Positions 31,426 to 39,762 of a stretch of DNA of 54,645 bases are shown here, one piece after another; position 1 is the stretch's first letter, and every line of letters begins with the position of its first letter. The translations under genes were made by a program, and so were the position numbers. Source of the DNA: a virus; the IMG/VR virus record IMGVR_UViG_3300045988_061800, positions 1-54,645 of that record; one strand, written 5' to 3'. Under the pieces are notes generated by a model. That model did not search any database, was not told the DNA's origin, and saw only the letters and a program-made list of their open reading frames with translations.

Positions 31426-34400
31426 ATGGCCGTTGATATTGATAGTCTGCAAATTGAAATAGAGGCAACTTCGAGTGATGCGGCGGCAAAAATCGACGCA
31501 TTGGCTACCGCGCTGACTAACCTGAAAACAGCGGCAAAGGGTGGAGCGGGGCTTACTACAGTTTCTAAGCAGATGCAGGCACTTGCAAATGCGGCAAAGC
31601 TGATAAATAGCAGCAGCATTAATACAGTAAAGTTAAAGGAAATGACAAGTGCACTTAACGGATTGTCTTCTATCCAGAAGTCCAGCGGCTTGTCCTCCAC
31701 AATCAACGCCCTTAAAAAGTTGCCTCAGATTAGCGAGTCCTTAGAAAAAGCAGATTTAGGAAAGTTTGCTGTTCAGATGAATCAGGTGGCGGACGCAATG
31801 CGCCCCCTGGCTACGGAGATGCAGAGAGTTTCCAGTGGGTTCTCAGCTTTCCCGATAAGGATTCAGAAGATCATCCAGAGCAATACCGGACTCGCCGCCT
31901 CGAACAATAAAGCAGCAAAAAGCTTCGGCGTTCTTGGGACTGGGATTAGTTCCGCACAGGCGAAGTTCGGCGTTTACCTGATTGCATTACGACAGATTGC
32001 TTCTGTTATGTCCAACTGGGTGAAGGAATCCAACGATTACGTCGAGAACTTGAATCTGTTCACTGTCGCCATGGGAGATTACGCAAAGGAAGCCAAAGCG
32101 TATGCAGAGGAAGTACATGCGGCAGTGGGCATTGACCCGTCTGAATGGATCAGAAACCAGGGCGTCTTTAAGCAAATAACTGGTGGCTTTGGAGTCATGG
32201 AAGAAAAAGCGAATCTTATGTCAAAAAACCTGACACAGTTAGGTTATGATATTTCTTCCTTCTATAACATTTCCATTGAAGAGGCCATGGAAAAACTGCA
32301 ATCCGGCATTGCAGGCGAAATTGAGCCACTGCGACGCCTTGGCTATGCAATTGACGTAGCTACCCTGCAAGAAGTGGCATATGCACATGGAATTGAGCAG
32401 AGTGTAAATACGATGAACCAAGCGCAAAAATCCCAGCTTCGTTATTTAGCGATTATGGAGCAGAGTGGGAACGTAATGGGGGATATGGCCCGGACGGTAC
32501 AGACCCCGGCTAATGCTTTGCGCATTCTAAATCAACAAATAACTCAGTTAACCAGAGCCTTAGGGAATTTATTGATTCCATTTTTACAGCAGATTATTCC
32601 GTATGTTCAGGCATTTGTGGAAGTCATTACTGATGCGATACAGGCATTGGCGCTTCTGGTTGGATTTGAATTGCCTGAGATTGATTATTCCGGGCTGGAT
32701 GGTGTGACATCTGGTGCCACAGATGCGGAAGATGCCATTGAAGGGGCTACTGGAGCGGCCAAAGAAATGAAAAAGGCGTTGCTCGGGATTGATGAATTGA
32801 CCATTCTGGAGCCGACTGCTTCTGGAGGCGGTGGTGGATCTGGTGGCGGAATTGGAGGCGATTTGGGTCTCGACCTTCCCGAGTATGACTTCTTAGCCGG
32901 GTTGGAAGAACAGGCATCTAAGATAAAAGAGCAGATGGAATCTATTTTGGGGCCAATCCTTTCTATTGGAGCTGGATTTGCTGCATGGAAAATTACTCCT
33001 AAAGTATTGAATTGGTTTAAGGATCTTAAGAATGGAAAGTTTAGCAAGATCGATAAACTCGCAGCGGGTATCGGGCTTGTAATTACGGGATTTACGCTTG
33101 AATGGCAAGGCGGATACGACATTGGTTACAATGGGCTGAACCTTGAGAACGCCATAAAAACAGCTATCGGAGCCGGACTAGGAATCGCTGGATCGCTCCT
33201 TATCTTTGGGACTGGGCCTCTTGGGTGGACAATTGGTATCGTAGCCGCGTTATCTGTTGCCATTGCAAGTATTACCATAGGGTATAACCGGAGACAAATA
33301 GATGACGAGATAAAAGAGCGGTTTGGAGAAATTGAACTGACAGTGGAAGAAGCCAAAGAACTGGCAGAAAGGATTATGTCATCTCCGCTTTCTATCCAAC
33401 TGGACATGTACGTGGAGGCAAAGACTGGTGCAAAAGAAGCAATCGAAAAGTATCTTGCATCTTCCGAAGAGTTTTCTTATCTGATTTGGAAGGTATCCGT
33501 TGGCTTTGAAGTAGATGATGCTGAATTGAGCAACAGTATTGATTCTATGATCGCTGACGCACAATCCTTCTTAAATGCACAGAGAGAAACGTATGCGCTT
33601 GCTGTCAACATCGGCTTTAGTGATGAAGGAATCAAAACTGAAATGGCGGCATTCGTAAACACGTATTTTTCTGAATCCTCCAGCGAAATGCAGCGTCTTG
33701 GGACGGAATTAAAGCAAACGATGCTAGATGCACTTGCCGATGGAGTCATTGATGAACAGGAAATGAAGACGATCAATGATTTGCAGTCTGAGGTAAACCA
33801 GATGCTTTCTATGGTTGCTGACGCTGAGTATAGAGCAAAGCTCAACAATGCAGTATATGAGCTTGGTGGAGACTTATCATATGAGAGTGTAAAGGACGTC
33901 AGTGAGAAATTGGGCAATATAGCGCAAGAGCAGCTTGATAGTTTAAAACAGACACATTTGGACGCACTGGCGGTTATCGAGCTAAAATATCAAACTGATG
34001 GTAATTATGAAGAATATACTGCGGCAATAGAAAACGAAATGCAGACTTATTTTGCAAATCAAGCACAGGTATCTGCAACCGCTTTTGAGCCTCTCATTGG
34101 AAAATTTAATGCGGCATTTTCTGACGCGCTTACAGAGGCGCAACCTGCGTTTGATCGGCCGGTAGAAGACCTCCTTGACAGGACGTTCCATCAATTCACT
34201 ACCGATGAAACCGGAGTGCTTGTCGGAGATAGTATAAGCGATTTTATGAGGAGCGTTGACCAACAATGGAAACTTGGGTTCCAAACGCTTGATATTACTC
34301 CAGAAGTGAGAGCTGCTTTGTCTGAAACGCTTGCCGCGTTGGAGCCTAGAGCAGAACAACTCCAAAAGATCGCTGATGATTCTAGAGCCGCAGGTATTGC

Positions 34401-35307
34401 TGTCCCGCAGTATGTTTCTGAGGGCCTGCATGACTACAACATGCTTGCAGCCATTTCCGGTGATATGGATGCTATCAACTATTTGCTTGGAGAAAAACTG
34501 TCTACAGACCCCAATTTCCTACAGGCACTTCAAACTGCGACAGATGCTGGCATGAACATCAATGAGGCTGTTGCAAATGGATTGTTAGACAATCTCGAAG
34601 TGAAAGAAAACGCTGATGGAACAATTTCGTTGATTAACGATACAATCGGCGAAAAAGTTCTAGAGGTTACACCAGCGTTAAAAGAAACCTTAAAAACTCT
34701 CGGTATAAATATGAGCAATGGGCTCATTGAGGGAGTTGAATCAAAGGACACAGAAGTATTTAACTCTGCAAATGGGATAGGTAAGCAGGTCGGAAACGGA
34801 ATTGCGGATGGACTTGATGATAGCACACGGGCAGTTAAGAACGCGGCAGATAGGCTTGTTGATATTGCGCTATCGGCAACAAAGACCGCAGCAAAAATTC
34901 ATTCACCATCTCGCTTGTTCCGTGATGAAGTTGGATTGAATATTGGCCTAGGTATTTCCGAAGGAATCGGTAATAGTAGAGATGCTATACTTTCGGAAAT
35001 TGAACTTACAAATCAGCGTATGGTGAGTGCTTTTTCAACTGGTTCGATTGGTAGTCTCTCTAGATCTTTTTCTGTGGAAGAAGTAAAGAGCATAAATACA
35101 CATACATCTGGAACCGTTACAGTAACAGACGGAAGAGAAGGCCAGCGGGAGATAAATCAAGAAATGATAAGCACATTGTTTGCCATAAGCCAGCAAATCA
35201 TTTCCGCAATTGAAGAGAACAGCGGAGACGTTTATCTGGATGGGGATAAGGTCGGAGAACGAGTAACGGAATACCAAAATAGGAAGAATCGCATTTTTGG
35301 CAGATAA
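31426..35307 (+). CDS. Tape measure protein
   Basis: 1293 aa, helical, with a Gly-rich segment GGGGGSGGGIGGDLG and TM segments. AAGGTGG lies 7 nt before ATG 31426. Confidence 0.85.
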   Translation: MAVDIDSLQIEIEATSSDAAAKIDALATALTNLKTAAKGGAGLTTVSKQMQALANAAKLINSSSINTVKLKEMTSALNGLSSIQKSSGLSSTINALKKLPQISESLEKADLGKFAVQMNQVADAMRPLATEMQRVSSGFSAFPIRIQKIIQSNTGLAASNNKAAKSFGVLGTGISSAQAKFGVYLIALRQIASVMSNWVKESNDYVENLNLFTVAMGDYAKEAKAYAEEVHAAVGIDPSEWIRNQGVFKQITGGFGVMEEKANLMSKNLTQLGYDISSFYNISIEEAMEKLQSGIAGEIEPLRRLGYAIDVATLQEVAYAHGIEQSVNTMNQAQKSQLRYLAIMEQSGNVMGDMARTVQTPANALRILNQQITQLTRALGNLLIPFLQQIIPYVQAFVEVITDAIQALALLVGFELPEIDYSGLDGVTSGATDAEDAIEGATGAAKEMKKALLGIDELTILEPTASGGGGGSGGGIGGDLGLDLPEYDFLAGLEEQASKIKEQMESILGPILSIGAGFAAWKITPKVLNWFKDLKNGKFSKIDKLAAGIGLVITGFTLEWQGGYDIGYNGLNLENAIKTAIGAGLGIAGSLLIFGTGPLGWTIGIVAALSVAIASITIGYNRRQIDDEIKERFGEIELTVEEAKELAERIMSSPLSIQLDMYVEAKTGAKEAIEKYLASSEEFSYLIWKVSVGFEVDDAELSNSIDSMIADAQSFLNAQRETYALAVNIGFSDEGIKTEMAAFVNTYFSESSSEMQRLGTELKQTMLDALADGVIDEQEMKTINDLQSEVNQMLSMVADAEYRAKLNNAVYELGGDLSYESVKDVSEKLGNIAQEQLDSLKQTHLDALAVIELKYQTDGNYEEYTAAIENEMQTYFANQAQVSATAFEPLIGKFNAAFSDALTEAQPAFDRPVEDLLDRTFHQFTTDETGVLVGDSISDFMRSVDQQWKLGFQTLDITPEVRAALSETLAALEPRAEQLQKIADDSRAAGIAVPQYVSEGLHDYNMLAAISGDMDAINYLLGEKLSTDPNFLQALQTATDAGMNINEAVANGLLDNLEVKENADGTISLINDTIGEKVLEVTPALKETLKTLGINMSNGLIEGVESKDTEVFNSANGIGKQVGNGIADGLDDSTRAVKNAADRLVDIALSATKTAAKIHSPSRLFRDEVGLNIGLGISEGIGNSRDAILSEIELTNQRMVSAFSTGSIGSLSRSFSVEEVKSINTHTSGTVTVTDGREGQREINQEMISTLFAISQQIISAIEENSGDVYLDGDKVGERVTEYQNRKNRIFGR

Positions 35308-35315
35308 ATTTTAAA

Positions 35316-35702
35316 TTGGAAGAAAGGGTGACAATATTGGTTCTTGAAATTGATGGGTTTGATATTGTCCCTTACATTTCATTTGGAGGAGTTAAGTGGC
35401 AACGGTCTGACGTGGACGGGGAAGGAGCGGGTCGTACTTTGGATGGCAAACTCAGAAGGAATCGGGTGGCAACAAAGCGGCGGCTGGATATTACCTGCCG
35501 TCCGCTCAATGCCGCCGAAACAAGTAAAGTCTTAACGGCAATTATGCCGGAATGGGTATCGGTTCGATATACAGACCCTCAAACAAACAGCATTGCAACA
35601 AGAAAAATGTATTCCAATAACAACCCGGCTACGTTTCAAATGAAGCAGAGGAACGGAGATGAACTATGGGGAGGGATCACATTCCCACTGATTGAGGAGT
35701 AA
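35316..35702 (+). CDS. Distal tail component (start uncertain: TTG 35316 or GTG 35328)
   Basis: Position directly after the tape measure. Confidence 0.55.
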   Translation: MEERVTILVLEIDGFDIVPYISFGGVKWQRSDVDGEGAGRTLDGKLRRNRVATKRRLDITCRPLNAAETSKVLTAIMPEWVSVRYTDPQTNSIATRKMYSNNNPATFQMKQRNGDELWGGITFPLIEE

Positions 35703-35705
35703 TAT

Positions 35706-36329
35706 ATGCCATACGAGTATCAAGTAGAAATTGGCGGAATAATGTACGGAATGGATAGCATTAAAAGCGCAAATATAAAGCAGCCGTTATTCGAGTATTT
35801 TGGAGCGGGGAATGCAATGCCTGCTGAGTTCCACATTACATTTATTCCTAAAGAGGAACCTCCCAGAATGGCAAAAATTGTACCATTCTGTAGAGAAGAA
35901 GGAGAAAAAGATTGGCATAAGCTAGGTATATTTTTTGTTGATGTAAGGAGTGAAGATAGACAGTGGAAAAATCTCATTGCCTATGACTCCATGCTGAAAA
36001 CCGAACAAACTTACTTGATTAGTGAAGATGTGGGTGAATGGCCAAGGGGGATGAAAGCGCTTGTTGCGGATATAGCAAGCCGTATAGATGTAGAAGTTGA
36101 TAGTAGAACAGTTATCAATGAAAGTTATGTGGTTGAATATCCAAACGATTATACAATGCGAGAAATTTTATGCCATATAGCAGCGGCCCATGCAGGGAAT
36201 TGGATTATTACGGCGGACGGGAAATTGTTGCTGGTTCCGCTTTTTACTGCAATGCCTCCAGAGACATATTACTTAATAGAAGACAGCGGAAGTGCCATAG
36301 TGTTTGGAGAGGATAGAATTTTGGTATGA
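35706..36329 (+). CDS. Tail/baseplate component
   Basis: Position. GAGGAG lies upstream. Confidence 0.55.
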   Translation: MPYEYQVEIGGIMYGMDSIKSANIKQPLFEYFGAGNAMPAEFHITFIPKEEPPRMAKIVPFCREEGEKDWHKLGIFFVDVRSEDRQWKNLIAYDSMLKTEQTYLISEDVGEWPRGMKALVADIASRIDVEVDSRTVINESYVVEYPNDYTMREILCHIAAAHAGNWIITADGKLLLVPLFTAMPPETYYLIEDSGSAIVFGEDRILV

Positions 36330-37534
36330 ATAACAAGTATTATGTAGGCCAAAAAGCATCTTCTTTTTTAAAATATGAAAAAACTCCTCCAGTTAGTAAA
36401 ATCCGGCTGTTTTGGGATGATGAAAATGCATTCGAAGCTGGAGATGATACAGGATACACAATAGAATTGTTTTGCCCATCAGCTACGCAGAAGATGGCAG
36501 ATAATATTTTGAATGCAGCAAAAGGATTTGTGTATCAAGGATTTTCGGCCCCTGGCTCAAGCCTAGTTCCAGAAGCGGAACTGGGGGATGGAGTAACGGT
36601 TGACGGTTTTTACGGAATGATAGCAAATCGGGATATAGAATTTGGCCCAGGGAATTTATCCGACATCTCTGCTCCAGGGGAAAAGGAAATTAACCATGAA
36701 TATCCTTATTTGAGCTCAGAAAGTAGAGAGCTAAAACGAAAAGTTACACTAGGGACTTCTTACTATGGCACTAAAATTACTCGAAAAAACGGATTAGAAA
36801 TTACCAAAACAGATAATAGCGGTGCAGAGAAAAGCCGGGTTATTTTAAACAGCGATATTTTGGCCTTTTATAATGACGATGGACAGGCAGCACTCTATTT
36901 TGATGCGGCCAGTGGAAGATACATTTTTCGCGGGGACATCAACATGCAAGGGGGATCTATTTATTGGGGAGATTCCTTCCCTTACAAGTCCCAGTTTTCA
37001 ACATCTCCGGATGGACCATGGCATGATAAGCAGCAAGAAGGAGATAAATACAGACGAGATACATATGATGGGGGAAAAACTTGGGAAGAGCCTTACCAAT
37101 TTGTCGGAACAGACGGACGAGACGGTATAGACGGTTCGGATGCAAGTGTTACATTCAACAATGTACTTCGAGCATTACAAAGAGCAGAGGCGACACAAAC
37201 AACATTTATTACAGCGGATGAGCTAGGGGCTCCCACCATTTATGGTGCCAAAATTTATGGTGCAGAGATATATGCTGGCGGTGTAGATGATATGGGTGGA
37301 CAAATTATTGGGCTCTTGGACACTGGGATGGTGGTATGGAACGGAGATGGAGAACGAGTATTAACTATTTCTGGAAATGCAGATACTGCGAGCCTTGTCA
37401 CGGGCTATAACATATTACGCTTTAACTGTCCGTATATGTCGGTAGAAGCCACATCATCAGTTTCCTTTCATGGACGATTAGTTTCTTTTGATGACGTAAA
37501 TGAGGTTTCAGGACTTTATCTGAGGTTTTCTTAA
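36326..37534 (+). CDS. Tail tip/baseplate protein (402 aa) with a short collagen-like GTDGRDGIDGSDA stretch
   Basis: ATGA overlap with the upstream gene. Position. Confidence 0.6.
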   Translation: MNNKYYVGQKASSFLKYEKTPPVSKIRLFWDDENAFEAGDDTGYTIELFCPSATQKMADNILNAAKGFVYQGFSAPGSSLVPEAELGDGVTVDGFYGMIANRDIEFGPGNLSDISAPGEKEINHEYPYLSSESRELKRKVTLGTSYYGTKITRKNGLEITKTDNSGAEKSRVILNSDILAFYNDDGQAALYFDAASGRYIFRGDINMQGGSIYWGDSFPYKSQFSTSPDGPWHDKQQEGDKYRRDTYDGGKTWEEPYQFVGTDGRDGIDGSDASVTFNNVLRALQRAEATQTTFITADELGAPTIYGAKIYGAEIYAGGVDDMGGQIIGLLDTGMVVWNGDGERVLTISGNADTASLVTGYNILRFNCPYMSVEATSSVSFHGRLVSFDDVNEVSGLYLRFS

Positions 37535-38682
37535 TGCTTCCTAAAATATATTCAGCGTTTCTCAACTTGACAAATGCATGTAACTTGGCGTGTCGCTATT
37601 GTTTTGTGGAACAGCATCCAGATATGATTTCCCTTCAGGTAGCGAAAGATGCAGCGGATTTTTTGGCCGCCAACGCGGGAGACGGGGTTCCGTCTATCAA
37701 CTTTTTCGGCGGGGAACCACTACTGATGTGGGACGCTATTATAGTCCCGCTGACCGAGTATGTCCGGGATCGGTATCCAGCATATAACCTTTCTATGACA
37801 AGCAATGGAACTCTGCTGAACCAGGAGCGGGCGGAGTATATGAGGAAGAAAGGAATAGGGCTCTTGCTTTCCATGGACGGAGACAGACGGACTCAGGAGC
37901 GCAATCGACCGCTTCAGGATGGCGGCTCCAGTTTCGACATTCTGGGGAAAAAGCTTCCTTTAATTTTGAAATACTTTCCTGATGTGATGTTCCGCTCTAC
38001 GGTAACACCGGAGACCGCAGTTGACTTGTTTCACGATATGATATTTGCAGAACAAGCTGGTTTCCGCACATTTTTTACTATGCCGGATAGTTTTGCAAAT
38101 TGGGACGGCACTGAGCCACTGGAGGAGGAACTTCGGCGCTATTCAGAGCATTATGTCGAGTGCTTAGAAAATGGATGGGAACCAATCTACTTCACACAGA
38201 TTGAAAAGTTTTTCCCCAAAATACTCTTGCACAACCAGGCGATCCAAGAGGGGGCAAACCGCGCCTATACCTCATGTATGGCCTGCGGCAAGTGCGGGCT
38301 GGGTTCTGGGCGCTATGCGGGGATTAACCTGAATGGAGATATCCTAGCTTGTCAGGAGTTCTTTTCACGAGGAGATAATCCATTCGTGATTGGAAATATC
38401 TATACTGGGGTGGTAGATGAGACGCGGAGACGACTTATGCAGAAATACGATAGCGCACAGGTTGAAGGGGATGGGTGCGATGAATGCCCCCTAAACCGCA
38501 TCTGTGATGGAGGGTGCGTGGCCAACAACTATATTCGATCGGGGAGTTTCCACCATATGCCCCCCATCTGCTGTCGGTGGAACCGTCTGCTATTCCGAGA
38601 GGCAATCTATCTAATGGAGCGGCTGGGCAAGGCAAGAAACAAACGCTTTTTAGAGAGGTGGCATATCTATGTTGCCAGATGA
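37534..38682 (+). CDS. Radical SAM enzyme with C-terminal SPASM domain (anSME/QhpD-like architecture, no N-terminal RRE)
   Basis: C16-x3-C20-x2-C23 (ACNLACRYC), GGEPLL, and SPASM pattern C-x13-G-x4-C ... C-x2-C-x5-C-x3-C (CDECPLNRICDGGC). TAATG overlap with the upstream tail gene. Confidence 0.85.
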   Translation: MLPKIYSAFLNLTNACNLACRYCFVEQHPDMISLQVAKDAADFLAANAGDGVPSINFFGGEPLLMWDAIIVPLTEYVRDRYPAYNLSMTSNGTLLNQERAEYMRKKGIGLLLSMDGDRRTQERNRPLQDGGSSFDILGKKLPLILKYFPDVMFRSTVTPETAVDLFHDMIFAEQAGFRTFFTMPDSFANWDGTEPLEEELRRYSEHYVECLENGWEPIYFTQIEKFFPKILLHNQAIQEGANRAYTSCMACGKCGLGSGRYAGINLNGDILACQEFFSRGDNPFVIGNIYTGVVDETRRRLMQKYDSAQVEGDGCDECPLNRICDGGCVANNYIRSGSFHHMPPICCRWNRLLFREAIYLMERLGKARNKRFLERWHIYVAR

Positions 38683-39601
38683 GCTGATCGAAGTACCGGA
38701 ATACCTGAAGGGGGAACTTACCGGTGCAAACGTCATGCCCATGTGCGACTTCTGTACGGAGATTGCCTGTGAGACAGATGGAATGGCCTGTGGTGAGACT
38801 TGCAGCCAAGGATGCCACGGGCAATGTACTGTGGTACAGTGCGGACAGTGTAGCGGCTGCCTGGGTGGATGCCAGATATGCGAATCATCCTGCCAAAATT
38901 CCTGTCAGTCCTGTCAGTCATCCTGCGAATCGGCAGCGCAAAACCCTACCAGCTATGGTTCCATCACGGTGGGTGAAGTTACCAGCCATACTATTGAAGT
39001 AACGCTGAAAGCCATTTCAAAAGCAACATCTTATGTGATCGCCTATCGGCCAGACAGCACGACCACTGCCCGAAATGTGGAAACTACGTCGCGAAATTAC
39101 ACGCTAACAAGCCTCGAGCCTAACCAGAGGTATGTAATTAACTACTATGGCAAGAACAGCTACGGAACCGGCCCTTATATGCCTTCCCCGGTCTATGCCA
39201 CCACAAGGCCAGAGATTGTAATTGAACCGTGGTCATGGACATCATCCAATGGGGCAGCGACGGACACACAGACCCGTAACGCCTACCAAATTTTACAGGG
39301 TAACCGGGCAGCGGATGACTTCCATCACAATGTATGGAACGACTTCATAGACAAGATTGTGGAGATGCGAGAGGCATACGGATTGTTTTGGACGACGGAC
39401 AGTGGGCGCTTTCCCTCCGCCTCCGGGTGCAAGGTGTCCGCCGGGGACACACTGACCGCCGAGATTTACAACGCGGCCAAGACCAATATAGGTTCCATAC
39501 AATCTACCGGGATACAGGATGTAGATCCGGGGGACGAGATAACCGGATACCACGTTCTTCACATCTCGGATGTTCTGAATGATATCATTGGAGGTCTGTA
39601 A
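38669..39601 (+). CDS. Cys-rich (16 Cys in residues 26-86) plus FN3-like domain protein; candidate rSAM substrate and virion component
   Basis: Overlaps the rSAM stop by 14 nt, with GAGAGGTGG RBS. CDFCTEIACETDGMACGETCSQGCHGQCTVVQCGQCSGCLGGCQICESSCQNSCQSCQSSC, then ITVGEVTSHTIEVTLKA...YVIAYRP...YTLTSLEPNQRYVINYYGKN (FN3-like). Confidence 0.8.
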   Translation: MLPDELIEVPEYLKGELTGANVMPMCDFCTEIACETDGMACGETCSQGCHGQCTVVQCGQCSGCLGGCQICESSCQNSCQSCQSSCESAAQNPTSYGSITVGEVTSHTIEVTLKAISKATSYVIAYRPDSTTTARNVETTSRNYTLTSLEPNQRYVINYYGKNSYGTGPYMPSPVYATTRPEIVIEPWSWTSSNGAATDTQTRNAYQILQGNRAADDFHHNVWNDFIDKIVEMREAYGLFWTTDSGRFPSASGCKVSAGDTLTAEIYNAAKTNIGSIQSTGIQDVDPGDEITGYHVLHISDVLNDIIGGL

Positions 39602-39762
39602 TGGATAGTCAAAAAATTATTCAAATGGCGGTAGCAATTAGAGAAGCAGCCTCTAGGATCACAGTATCTGGGCCAAACAATTGGACACAGTTGCTTGGTA
39701 TTATCCACACAGCGGAATCTATAGTTACAGAGGCGGGGAAGGAGGGAGAACATGGCGGATAA
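39601..39762 (+). CDS. Putative 53-aa protein
   Basis: TAATG overlap with the upstream gene. Under 60 aa, so absent from the track. Confidence 0.45.
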   Translation: MDSQKIIQMAVAIREAASRITVSGPNNWTQLLGIIHTAESIVTEAGKEGEHGG

